31,596 bases of DNA from Paecilomyces variotii. Taxonomy: Eukaryota. The notes below the pieces were generated by a model that was not told the DNA's origin, searched no databases, and worked only from the letters and a program-made list of their open reading frames with translations. This document shows positions 12,991-25,819 of the stretch, piece by piece. The position numbers and the translations under genes were made by a program. The stretch lies in NCBI GenBank assembly GCA_004022145.1, contig RCNU01000039.1, one strand, 5' to 3'. Each line of letters opens with the position of its first letter. The first letter of the stretch is position 1.

Positions 12991-14786
12991 AAAAAACTAC
13001 TTATATATAATATTAAAGGAATAAAACTAATTAGCTTATTTAAAATATTAACTTAAATAGTAAAAAGATATAATTAATTAAAATAAAGACTACTAAAATA
13101 ATTAAACTAGAAAAGAACTAAAGAGATTATTATTAGTAATTATATATATAGCTTAGTTTTATAAGTATTAATAATACTATTAAAGTAAGAAATAAACTCT
13201 ATAAGCTCTATATAAAAAGCGATTAATTTTATAAGAGTTTAATCTGCAATTTAAATTATAAAGTTTTAATAAGTATAATAAGTTAGAGTAGTTTATATAA
13301 TTAAAGAACTAGTCTAATTAATAATATATAAAGAGCTAGTATAATTAAAGATATAATTAGCTAATATTTATATTAAGAGGTAATTAAGATTAAACTTATT
13401 AAATAGATAATAAATATAATATAATAAAGCTCTTAAATAGCTCTTATAATTAAACTTTAGTTTAAATACTTTAAAATAAATAAATAGAATAACCTTAATA
13501 TCTTTAATCTCTATTATATTATTATCTTTAATACTAAAAATATTATTAATATAATTAAGGAATAGAGTAAAGTAATTATTAAAGTAGCTTAAGATTAAAG
13601 AAGTATTAATAATAATTCTTAGATTATTAAGACTAATTAAGTTAACTAAAAAGAGAAGATAAGACTTATTAATACTATAATATTAATAATTACTTATTTA
13701 TATATAATTAATATAAGTATAATTAATAATATCGCTTAGTATAATATATTTATTAAAAAGGCTAAGACCCTAGCAGTAGTATATATATTAAAATAGCTAT
13801 ATATTACTATATAATTAAATTAAAATAGCTAGAATATAATAATTATTAAAAATAGTATTTTATATATAAGGTAAGTTATTATTATTTAAGCGCTATAAAA
13901 TACTATACTTTATATATATATAGCTAATAACTCTTAATATAAATTACTTATAATTAGTAAATTTATAAGAACTATTAAGTTATAAAGAGCCTTAGGGTTA
14001 TAGTATTATATAAGAGTATTACTAGTAAAATTAGCTAAAATAATTATATATTTAACTAAAAGGAAATTAGTCTAATTAATATAAGAATAAATAAAGGTTA
14101 AGTTAAGACTAAGATTAAGATTATAATAAGTAATATACCTAATTAGCTAAGCTAAATAAAGAATATAAAATAAATAGAATAAAGTTATATTAAGGACTTA
14201 ATAAATATTATAAGTATTAATTATTAATATAAGCTAATTAATAAGCAGATTTATAAGAAAACTATTAAAAAAGGCGTATAAAATATTTAATCTGCTTAAA
14301 ATATAATAAAATAAAGATATAAGATTATTTTTTATAAGAATAAATAAGCTATTTAAGGCTATATTATAATAAGAGATTATATAATAATTATAGCCCTAAT
14401 TATAAGAAGAAGTATAATAAAATATTAAGATTATAATAAATAAATAAGTAATAAGAATAAAGATAATTAAGGTATATAATATATAGAAAGTAGAGGAGAA
14501 ATAAAGATTAAGAGATAAATAGATAATTTAAACAGATATAAGAAAAATAATAAATAGAGAAGAAAAAGAAAAATATAATAATAAAAAGATATAAATAATA
14601 TATACCCTTAATTATTATAATAAATTATCTTCTAGGCCTTAACTGCTTAATAGAGATTTTTATTTAATTGTATTACTTAATTAAAACTAATAAATAAAGG
14701 CTAAAATTAAAATAAAGAACTACTTAGCTTAATAAAATATATATAATAATAATAAGTATTAGGTAATAAGCTCTATAGTTATTAAT
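12991..14786 (+). mobile_element. Possible LINE (Tad1-like) relic: ORF1 and start of APE endonuclease
   Basis: Weak de-RIP resemblance to ORF1 (I.DIAW ~13725-13740; NGI.VQGELL..ERY ~13850-13897) and a degenerate GDF..HH motif ~14652-14680; appears to continue at 21058. Confidence 0.35.
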
Positions 14787-14791
14787 CTTAT

Positions 14792-15034
14792 TATTACGCT
14801 TAAGCAGATTAAATTAGATTTATTAAAGCTTTTAATCTAGTAAGGTAATATAATAGAGAACTTTAAGCTAAAGAGAGAAAAGGAAAAGAATTTAAAGAAG
14901 AAATCTTAATTCTTTTATTTATAAGATTCTTTATTTCTTAATTACTTTTAAATAGTATAAGCAGTTAATAATTCTACTAGTTAATTTCTTACTCTATTTT
15001 TTTACTATATAAATACTAAGTTAGCACTGTAATA
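14792..15034 (-). repeat. 3' LTR of full-length chromovirus
   Basis: TATTACG...CTGTAATA (RIPped TG..CA); direct repeat of 20397-20639 differing by transitions; degenerate PPT adjacent at ~15035-15046. Confidence 0.95.
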
Positions 15035-15089
15035 TTACTCTTTATTTAAGCTAATTTATTCTTAAATTAGCAAGATAATTATTATCTTA

Positions 15090-18000
15090 TTAGTTCTCTA
15101 AATTAAAATTTTTATTAGTATAGTCGATTTAATAGTTTAAATTAGCTAGCGGCCTAGGTTTATTAGGGAATTTATTATAAAAATCTTAGAGCTTTAGCGG
15201 CGAATTCTTAAAGTTTTTAATAAAATATTATATTAAATTTTTATTATACTCTTTCTAAGCAGCCTTATATTAAAAATACTTATATTTAACTTAAATAGCT
15301 AAAATCTTATTAACTTTTTATTTTAATTTGCCTTAAACTTTAATCGGTAAGAACTCTTTATTAACTTAATATAGAATAGGATTATTTAATGCTTATTAGA
15401 GGTAATTTAAAGAAAATACTAAGCGGACTTTTATAGTATTAGGGAGTTTTAATTTTTAAATATTTTCTATCTTTTTAAAGATTTTAAAGGGGCTTTCTAT
15501 TTAATTACTAAGTTTTTATAAAGATTAATTAAATATTTAGTTTATAGGCTTAATAAAAACCTTATTACTAATATTAAAGTTAACCTCTTAATAATATTTA
15601 TTAGCCTATTTTTTCTACTATTCTTAAGCCTTTTTAATAGAGGCTTTTATTATCTTCTAGATTTATTAAAGCTAGTATATCTATTGCTAAGCTTTAGCCT
15701 AATTAGCTTTCTCTAATATTAAGGTAAACTGTAATACTAGGCGCTAGTTAAATAAGATATAGGGCTTATATCTATATTTAACTATAAATAAAGATATTTC
15801 TATAAATTCCTAGGTTAATACTATTATTATAAAATTAACTATTAAGAGATAATTTAATTAGTTATTCTAATAATAATTAATATAGGGCTATAGTCTCTAG
15901 GCTATATATTAGTTTAGAATCTCTATTTATCTATTTATTTAAGAGTATATAGCTAAAAAAAAGCTTTAACTTTATTTTTAGCAATAAACAGAATTTATCT
16001 TAAAAATTTAAAATAAATTATAGTTCTTAATTAAAAACTATTATATTAAGAGTATTTTTATAATAGTATATATATTTAAAGAAAATCTTAGTTATAGTCT
16101 GCGCTATAGCTATATTATAATAAGAGATAGAGATAAAGCGCTTATTAAAATAATTAATTACTATAAAAATAATATTATAACTATACTTATTCTTTAAAAA
16201 GAATTAAAAATCTATTAAGATATATTATTATAGTTATTTAAAAATAGGTAATAGTTAAAGTAATTTTAATAGAGAGTTTTATAAGTTCTTAATTTAGCAA
16301 TAGATTAAATAATTATTAATATATTAATTAATAAAGTTAGTTATTTTAGGCTAGTAATAGTAAGACTTTATTAATTACTATATTTTTCTATATCTTAAAT
16401 AAGTAGTAGAAACTTAATAATAGATTTTATTTAAAAGATATATCTATAAATCTCTCTAATTAAAGATAATTAATTATTTACTATATAATAGAAGCTTATT
16501 TATTAATTAATATAGAGAACTTTCTTAATTTATATCTTTATAAAATAGTACTAAGTCTATATTCTTATAATTCTCCCTAAGAATTTTATTTATTAAAATA
16601 AACTCTCTAATTAATATTAAAGCTAAAAGAATCTTTTACTTTATTAATTTTTTCTAGATTTATATATTTAAGACTTTAAGCCTTAGTAGGCGCTAGGTCT
16701 AGTATTAACTTATCTATTTCCTTTATTAAGAAATATCCCCTTCTTACTATAATAAGATATTAGCTAAAATATTTAGCTTTTTAAGGTAATATTAAATTAA
16801 GAAATAATAATATAATAAGAACTTTACCTATTAAGCCTATTTTAAATTTAATACTTTAGTAATTATAAAGTATTTAAAAGCATAATAATCTATTAAGATA
16901 TTAAATAGCTTATTAGTCTATAACCCTATAAGCTTTATATACTATTTCTTAAGGGCTTATATAATTACTAAGAGCTCTTTATTATAAATAGAATAATTAT
17001 ATTCGGCTAATATTATTGTCTTTAAATAATAGGCTATTAAATATTAAAAGTTTTATTTATCTTTTTATTAAGTAAGTATAGTAGCTATAATATTATCTAA
17101 AGTATTTATCTTAATATATATATCTTTATTAAGATTATAATTATATAGAATTAGCGCTAATTAAAGATATTCTTTTAGTATTTTAAAAGCCTTATAGTAG
17201 GTCTAATTAAAATTAAATAAATAATTCTCTTTAATTAGATTTATTATAAGTCTTATAATATAATTATAATTCTTAATAAATCTCCTATAAAAATTATAGA
17301 AGCCTAAAAATAAATAGACTTTATAGATTATTTTAGATTATTCTTAATCTTAGATAATAGTAATCTTTTTAAAGTTAACTTTAATACTCTTTATACTAAT
17401 AATAAAACTAAGGTATTTTATCTATATAATATAAAACTTATACTTCTTAATATTAGCTTATAGACTAGCTTTCTATAGATAAAATAGTATCTCTTTTACC
17501 TAGAGTTAATATTTCTATTTATTATTAAAATAGATTAAGATATTATTTAAATAAATACTTATATAGTTATTAAACAGGTTAAAGAAGAGATTATTTATAT
17601 ATTATTAGAATATAGCCGGTTTATTAATAAGCTTAAAAGAAAGTACTTAATACTTATAAATCCTATATTTTATATAGAAAGTTATTAAAGCTTTTAAATT
17701 AAAATCTATTTAAATCCTATAAAATACTTATTAAATATTTAGCTTTATAAAGATCTTAGCTTAGCTAACTTTAACTAGGGTTTTATTAATTAGCAGTAAG
17801 AAATAATAATTTTTCTTTATAATAATATTTAAACAGTAATAATTAATATAGAATTATAATTCTCTATTTACCTTTTTTATAAAAAGAATAAATAAGGTAA
17901 ATAATTCTTAGCTAAATATAATAAAATCTTTCTTTAAGTTATTAATTAGATATATCTTTAATATTTATAACTCTTCTAATAATTATTTATAGAGAGATTA

Positions 18001-18930
18001 ATATTTTAAGAGAATTTCTTCTCTAAGTTCTATTTTATAATTATAGGGCTAGTAAAAAGATAGTTTATTTAATATTTACTTAGAAAAAATATCTAAAAAG
18101 TCCTTATAAACTATAAAAAAATATTTATAGATTAACTTTAAGAGTTTCTATTCTTTTTATATAACTAGAGACTTTTATTTAATAATCTTATTAATCTTAT
18201 ATAGGCTAATAATAAAGACTTCTATATTCTTCTTATATAATATTTATTAAAACCTCTTAGTTTCTATATATATAATATCTAGTATTTTCCTTATATCTAT
18301 TATAAAAAAATATAGTTTTATAATTATTAAAGATAGAGGATTAAATTAATCTCTTAATTTGCATTATATTTTTATTAAAGCTAACTAGATATTAACTTAT
18401 TTAGTTTATAGCAGCTAATAATAGAGAGAATTCTCTTATTTTAAAATTTAGATCTATTTCTCTATTTATTAATCTCTTTTATTAATATTTTATTAGTATT
18501 TAAGGTTTAAAAGTAATCTTATTAGATCTTCCTTTATAATAATTAGCTTCTATTAAAATTAATAAGTTTATAAATTATTATATAGCTAAATTAATTATTA
18601 ATTTTAAATATTTAAAAAAATAAACTCTTTAGCTATTTATTTTTATCTAAGAATTAAATTATAATAACTTAAATTAGTAATTAGTATTAAGAGGTTTAAA
18701 TAAATCTTCCTATTAATCTTTAAGTTAATAATAAATATATAGCCTATTTATTCTTTAATTTTATTATTATAGCTATTAATAAATATAAGTTAGCTTAAAG
18801 ATTCTAGAGAAGCATTTAAAAATTAAATAATTAATAGGACTAATAAGCTATTAAAAAAATAAAGCTTATTTACTTTAAAATCTAATAGAATAAAGAGCTT
18901 AATACTATATTTATTTTTATAAATTAAGCT
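15090..18930 (-). pseudogene. pol: RIPped pol (protease, RT, RNase H, integrase, chromodomain)
   Basis: LLDSGAN ~18870-18890; ILFVKK.NG.LRFCIDY..LNAITKKNRY.LPLIDETL ~17890-17775; YLDD 17542-17553; ETDASD ~17095-17115; YDAIFVVVDR ~16150-16180; TPQTDGQTE ~15920-15948; chromodomain WEV.KILA...YKAAWKGY..D.TWY...NF.NSP.KL.DF...PNKP ~15150-15325. Confidence 0.92.
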
Positions 18931-18989
18931 AAGTTTAATAAGATAATTATTACCTAAGAGGTAATTAAGATTAATCTCTACTAATTCTC

Positions 18990-20330
18990 TATTAACCCCT
19001 AGGTTAAAATCTTAGCCTAGAGGTTAGCTTTTTTTAAGTTCTATTTATTCTCCTTTTTCTTAATCTCTAGATTCTTAATATCTATTATTATTTTTTTTAA
19101 TAAATAATTAGCAATAAGATATCTCTTTATTTTATAAAAAAAGTATTTTTTTTTATAAAGATCTTATAATTAATAGCGGAAGTTTTAATATTAATTTTAG
19201 GGATAAATAAATTACTACTAAATTAATTAAATAAGGTTTAAGAAAAAGTTTCTATATTTAAGTTCTTATTTTAACTAGCTTTATAATTATTTTTATTATT
19301 TCTTTAAAAAGTATAAGTAGATTAATAATAAATATCTTTAAAATTATTAAAGTCTTTAATTTAATAATATTAGCTAGTAATAAGACTTTTAAAAGATAAA
19401 GTAATCTTATTATATATCTTAGGTTAGTAATTATTAGAATAAATATTTACTTTTTCTGCTAGCCTTATAAACTCTATAAAAAAATTATTATATTTTTAAT
19501 ATATCTTTATATATAGATTAGTAAATTAGTATTTTATAGTCTATTATTAATTTAGATTATAAAATATAGCTTAGAAATAATTAAATATTTCTTTAATAGT
19601 TTAAAAGAAAAGATTTAAGTCTTTATAAAATCTTAAAGATATATAAGTTATAGCCTTTTTATCTAGGCAGCTCTAAATATATATAATATAGAGATATTTA
19701 TTTCTATAATAATTAATATTTACTTTTAGCTTATTCTTAATCTATAATAGTTAATTATTAAACTTAAGATCTTTTTTATTAGTAAAAAAAGGAGAGTTAA
19801 ATAGCTTAATAAAATATTAAGGCTATTTATCTCTAGATCTTAAGATATCTTTATATTTAAGGTAAAGAGCTATATTAGTAAAAGCCTCTTTATATTCTTC
19901 TTATTCTTAAATAAGTTTTATAATTTATTATTCTATCTCTATTATATAATATTTCTTCTAATAAATTTATTAAGTAAGGTTATAATTATATTTAATTTTA
20001 TATTAATTTAAGTATTTAATATATTTTAAATTATTAACTTTTTTTAAGAAGGTAGTAGTAATATAATACTATATATCTTAGATTTTAACAAGATTTTTTT
20101 TAAGAAGCTTTTAGAACTTATTCTAGGAAAGCTTAATTAGTTTATTATTTTAATAGAATAAGATATAATAATTATTAGTTCTTTTCTTTAGTTTTTAATT
20201 AAGCTATATACTATAATTCTTAGAATTACTCTAGGGGTATTTAAATTTATTAGTAGGCTTTGCTATAATAAGGCTTAGTTTAAAGTCTAATATTTAGTAT
20301 TTAATATTAGATAAGTTTTACAGGTAGCGA
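18990..20330 (-). pseudogene. gag: RIPped gag
   Basis: De-RIP PP.FTDGKDP.FDDW....ENKLEVN.DHY at ~19705-19800 and a CCHC-like knuckle ~19100-19145; start not defined. Confidence 0.7.
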
Positions 20331-20396
20331 AGTATACTTAAGCAAGAAACCTTATAGGAATAAAATAAATAAGATAATAGAATAAGCTTAAAGTAA

Positions 20397-20639
20397 TATT
20401 ATACTCAAGTAGACTAAATTAAATTTATTAAAGCTTTTAATTTAATAAAGTAATATAATAAAAAACTTTAAATTAAAGAGAGAAAAGAAAAAGAATTTAG
20501 GGAAAGAATTTTAATTCTTTTATTTATAAAATCCTTTATTTCTTAACTATTTCTAAATAGTATAAGTAGTTAATAGTTCTACTAGTTAATTTCCCGCTCT
20601 ATTTTCTTACTATATAGGCGCTAAGTTAATGCTATAATA
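20397..20639 (-). repeat. 5' LTR of full-length chromovirus
   Basis: TATTATAC...CTATAATA, same length as left LTR; minus-strand TATAAATA at ~20521-20528 followed by a pyrimidine-rich tract. Confidence 0.95.
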
Positions 20640-20645
20640 CTTATA

Positions 20646-21057
20646 TATTATAATAGTAATTAACTATTATTAAAGAGAATAATTAGTTATTATTTAATTA
20701 AAGAATATACTATAGTTTAAATTAAGCTCTTAAACTATAGATAGCTAAAGAATTAATAATAAGATATTATATTAATAGATATAATTAGTTTAAAGGGCTT
20801 AGGGAACTTTATAAGTATAAGAATTATAGATAATCTTAATTAAGTCTAATAAGAGAAAATATAATATTAAGATATTATATAATTTAAGTAATTAAGTAAG
20901 CGGCCTTTTAAATTAAGAGAACTAATTAGCTTAGCTAATTAGCTTATTTATTTATATAATAGAGCTTAGCCTTATTATATAATTAATTAGCTTAATTAAT
21001 TAGCCTATTTATTTATATAATAAGGCTTAGCCTTATTATATAATTAATCTTATAATC
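20646..21057. repeat. Probable solo LTR containing a 61-bp tandem duplication (20924-20984, 20985-21045)
   Basis: Inverted termini TATTATAA...TTATAAT; flanks TTATA/CTATA are a RIP-compatible TSD. The tandem units are directly visible; the LTR call is inference. Confidence 0.5.
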
Positions 21058-21465
21058 CTATAGAATATATAGATAGAAAGTATACTTACTTAAATAGAGG
21101 AAGTATATAATTCTTTATAGATAAATTTATAATAATACTAGTATAAGAAATAAGAGAATTTTAAAAAAAGCTACTTTAAGATATTTTAATAAGATAATTA
21201 ACTTATTAGCTAATACTTATTTAATTTAAAAGAGCGAAGCTTAAACTCTTCTAGATTATATAAGAAATTATATAATCTTATAAAGATATCTTTAATATAT
21301 AGCTTAATTTAGATTTAAGCTCTTTAAGCTATATTTTATTTACTAAGCCTACTTATAATAGCTTATTCTAGTTTAAATTAGCTAAATAGAGATCTTATAG
21401 TAGTCTTAGTATTAACTACTTTATTCTATTTATTTTAACCTGCTTCTTAAGCTTATATCTTAATA
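21058..21465 (+). mobile_element. Possible continuation of LINE endonuclease relic
   Basis: Joined to 14786 it reads V.NP.E..DGKYTY.DGGSV.SFIDKF, resembling the APE 'N...T+.....S.ID' motif, with a degenerate S(D)H.PI at ~21198-21215. Confidence 0.35.
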
Positions 21466-22920
21466 AATACTAGTTATTATAATTACTTTACTACTTAATA
21501 TATAGCTATATATTTAATCTTTATTATTAAGGTTATAATAAACCTTTATTTCTAACTTAATTAGTTAATTAAATAGCTTATTATAATAAAAATATTTTTT
21601 AAGATTAATATTTAATTTATCTTATCTATTATATAATTTAAATTAAAATATTTAATAAGTTTTTAATCTTAGTTTTTATAGAATTAAAGGCTTAAGTATA
21701 TAATTAACTATAAGTATTTTATTAAGGATTTTAATAGCTTAAAATAGCCTTTAAATAAGTTAAATAAGTATTAACTTAATAATTCTATTATAAATATAAT
21801 ATCTAGTTTTATTAAAATTATTAAGTAAATAAATACTTTAATAATCTTTTAATATTTTTTCTAGTTAGCTCTTTTATTTTATAGACTAGTTAGTTTTAAA
21901 TAATTATACTTATTTAATAGAATATTAATAAGATAAGCCTTCTCTTTATTTATTTTATATCTTAATAGAATTTCTTAAATATAATAAGATTAATTTATAA
22001 TTAATATTCTTTTTATTCTATTATAAATAATCTAAATATTAAATATTTTATTTACTTCTCTTAAATCCTTAATCTTATATATTATTTTAAACTTCTATTT
22101 AAATTAATTAATATACTTTATTTACTTTAAGCTAATTAAGATATTATTAATATATATTAAGATTAAAATCTTTTTCTTTAAATAATATAGTAAGTATAAG
22201 TCTATATTTATTTAAATAAATTTTATTCTTTATAATATTTTAATATAAGAATAATTTTAATCTTATATTATTTATTTTAAACTATATAAAGATTTTAAGA
22301 CTTTAAATATTATTTTTAGCAAGATATTTATTTTAAATAAAGCTATTATATAAATCTCTTCTTTTAATATTAATTTAATAAAGGTATTATTAATATCTAT
22401 TATATAATACTTATAATCTTCTATAATTACTATAGCTAAAAAAACCTATAATATATTATAATATAGAGTTAAAGTAAAGATATATTTAAAGATAATTTTA
22501 TATTTTTAAATAAATCTATAAATAATAAAATAGGCTTTAAGCTTTTATAAAAAACTATTTAAATTATATTTTATAACTAGTACTTATTTATTAATTATAA
22601 TATTAGCTTCCTTTAATAAAATAATTATCTTAAAAATTTTATTTACTTATAATATATTTATTTTAACTTTAAAAATCTTTTACTATAATTTATCTTATAT
22701 AAAATTATTAATTATAATTATAATTATATAGAAATTAAAGATTAAAATATATTTTTTAATAATAAAAACTACTTTTAATATATAATTTATATACTTCTCT
22801 TTATTTAAAATAATTCTTAGAATAATAAGGTTTAAAGTAAGTATTATTTTATAAAGCTTTATATTCTATTTATTCTTTATAAGCTTATATATTTCTATTA
22901 TAAATATAGCTTTACTATAG
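21466..22920 (-). mobile_element. Ty1/copia relic, family A copy 2 (RT fragment, no LTRs)
   Basis: Collinear and highly similar to 8200-9384; YVDD ~22143-22156; LKSLYGLK ~22275-22300; similarity to the third copy extends to ~22900. Confidence 0.88.
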
Positions 22921-25511
22921 TTATATTACCTATTTAATAGTAGTAGTATTAAACTGCCTTAGTAGCTATTTAGTAGTAGTATTCCCCTAGTCTAGAGAAT
23001 TAACCTTCTTATATTCTTATTTTACTATAGCTATACTATTATAAATAGTAATATATCTTAAATTAATTTAAGTATCTCTAATTATTTCCTCTAAGCTTTA
23101 AGTCTAGAATATTACTATTTTATTATTTTATAGAAAATCTATATATTTTAATAAGGATAATATTAATATCTCTATAATACTATATGTTTATATTCTTTAA
23201 TAACTCTCTCTCTTAATACTTTAAGCTTAAGCTAAATTTAAATTTTCTCTTTTAATACTTACTTATAATCTCCTTTTAAGTTATATTAACTACTTTTTAG
23301 CTTATAGCTTTCTAGGTAAGCTAGTTAAGCTATAGAGATTAATTCTATTAAGTTATATTATTCTTAATTAACTTTATTATTTTATTTTATTTAGTATTAA
23401 AAGAAACTTTAATATTAGCTTAATTTATAGTTAATTTAATTATATCTAGAGGTAATATTACCTTATAAATAGGAAATTTTTCTTTCTTAGCAGACTAGGT
23501 AATTAATTAAAATACTTTAAATTAAGCTATAAATAGCTTTTATAAGGTAATAAAAGTATTAGCTAATAATTTTACTTTTTTATTTTAATAATAAGAGTAA
23601 AAAGTATTATTAAGAGAGAAAGTAATATAAGAATTAATTAATCTATTAGGCTATAGCTATTCTAGAATATTATTATTATATATAATATAAATAAAAGCTT
23701 CCTTTAACTCTTAAAGAAGTACTATAATACTATTATTCTTAAAATAAGAATATATACTTAAATAGCTTATAGATATCTTTAATATTTCCTTAAAGTCCTT
23801 ATAAATATAATTTAATAAGCTATTATATTTAAAAACTAATTTTTATTCTTTAATTTTTAATATAAGATAATTATCTTTTAATATAAAAGCTAAGTAAAGT
23901 AAAAATAATATTATAATTAGCTAATAATAGAATAGAGAAATAAGTAGTATAAAAGATAAAAAACCTATATATAATATTATATTACTATTAATTAAAAGTA
24001 AAAATATAGATAATAATACTAGAGTAAGGCTATTAATAGAAGTTAATCTTAAATTCTTAATTTAATAAGTATTAATACTTTATTTATATAGATAATAAAG
24101 ATAATAGCTATATTAAATAAAATAATAACTAAGACTATAATAAAGCTAGTAAAGTAAAATTAAGGTATTTTATATAAACTTAATAAATAATAAGATTAAA
24201 ATATATAATTTAATAGAAATTACTTTATTTTAGATAATAATTATAACTATAATTAAAATACTACTAGTAATACTATAATAATACTAATAAGATTATATTT
24301 AAATAGCTTAATCTCTTAGAAGTAAAAAGAACTTAGATTTTTTTAACTAAATTTAAAGAACTATAAATATATAGAAATAAGGCTAATAATAACTATTAAT
24401 AGCTAGATATTTTATAGAAATATTTATTTATTTACTAAATATATCTAGAATCTTATCTTAATTAAAGGTAATAAGTTAATTTAACTATAGCTATATATAT
24501 TCTTTAAAAGATAAGCATTATAATAATATATAGTAAAGCTTTTTAAATTTAAATAAAATAGTTTATAAGTATATTTTATTAAGAAAGCTTAAATTCTACT
24601 ATTATTAAAGTAATTTAAAGTTAATATAAATACTATAGTATATAAGCTAAAAAAAATATTATATTCTATAATAAATATTTAAAATAATATTATATTATAA
24701 AACTTTATATAAATAGTTATTTAGCTATATAAAGCAATAAGACTTAGTATAACTTATATATAGCTTTATTTAATATAGATAAAGTTCTCTCTATATATAT
24801 AGAAAGACCTTATTTATCTTAATAAGAATATATTATTAATATAGTTTATAGAATTAGTAAATAAGGCTTATATAATATAATAGGACTAAGCTAATTTAAA
24901 GAATAATTAGTAGTTAAAATAATATAATTAATATAGTAACTATAGATATAATAACTAAGGCTATTTATAAGCGCTATTATATTAAATATATTACTATAAT
25001 AATTAAAGATAACTTAATCTAAGGCTATAACTATAATAATAATCTTTAAATATAAGGCTTATAGCTAATATTTCTCAGGATTAAATAAGATAATTTATTA
25101 ATAGAGGAAGTAAAAAAGGTAGATTTTTTATATTTTTCTAATTATTATTTATATAAAACTATAATTAAATAAATTAAGATATTATTACTTAATAAGTATT
25201 CTTATTAAACTATAATAAGGCTTAATAATTATTTATACTAAATTAAGACTAATTAAACTAAGGTAATATTATTCTCTAATAAATATATAATAAATATATT
25301 AATAATAAGTTAAAAGTAAAAAATCTACTATTTATATTATAATACTTAGATATTAATAATAAATAAACTAATTCTTTTATAAATAGATTTTACTAAGGTA
25401 TATACTATATAAAATATAGAGATATTAGATTTAATAATAGGCTAAATAAAGGTATTAAATATATTAAGAATATAGTAGACTATATAGGAGATAATAGCTA
25501 TAATTAATTTA
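22921..25511. other. Unassigned RIPped sequence; its right part continues at 31335 after the copia insertion
   Basis: Same RIP composition, no motif recognised; continuity across the copia follows from the TATAC TSD. Confidence 0.4.
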
Positions 25512-25516
25512 TATAC

Positions 25517-25791
25517 AGTTAAAAAGAATAAGTTCAGATAGAATTCCCTAGATTAATCTAATAGCTTAAAGAGCTAATAATACTTAGAGAAAAAGAATAT
25601 TAGTATATATAATAGATATAAAATATATTATTATATATTCTTAGTTAAAGTAATAGATTTTATATAAAGCTTAAGAAATAATTTTTTTAAACCGCCTAAT
25701 TTTACTAAAGTAAAATTATTCTTAAAAATTTCTTTAATATAAAATCTTTATTATATTAAAACTTACTAGTCTTAATTATTATTTTATAATA
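25517..25791 (-). repeat. 3' LTR of full-length copia (275 bp)
   Basis: Direct repeat of 31057-31329; adjacent PPT remnant CTTTTTCTT at 25792-25800. Confidence 0.93.
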
Positions 25792-25819
25792 CTTTTTCTT
25801 AGTTTAAACTTACTAAGTT

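Larger units (their letters stand above)
14792..20639 (-). mobile_element. Full-length Ty3/gypsy chromovirus (RIP-inactivated), 5848 bp
   Basis: Paired 243-bp LTRs 14792-15034 and 20397-20639; identical 5-bp TSD CTTAT at 14787-14791 and 20640-20644; internal gag-PR-RT-RH-IN-chromodomain order on - strand. Confidence 0.95.

Noticed and set aside
8200-22650. 12-kb block flanked by 1.2-kb direct repeats as a recent duplication or circle integration
   Set aside because: The two copia RT copies also differ by transversions (e.g. ~8515 versus ~21781), which favours independent insertions of one family.
24224-24252. Fot1/pogo DDE motif (ILDGH.SH-like)
   Set aside because: Spacing does not match and no second supporting motif or TIR was found.
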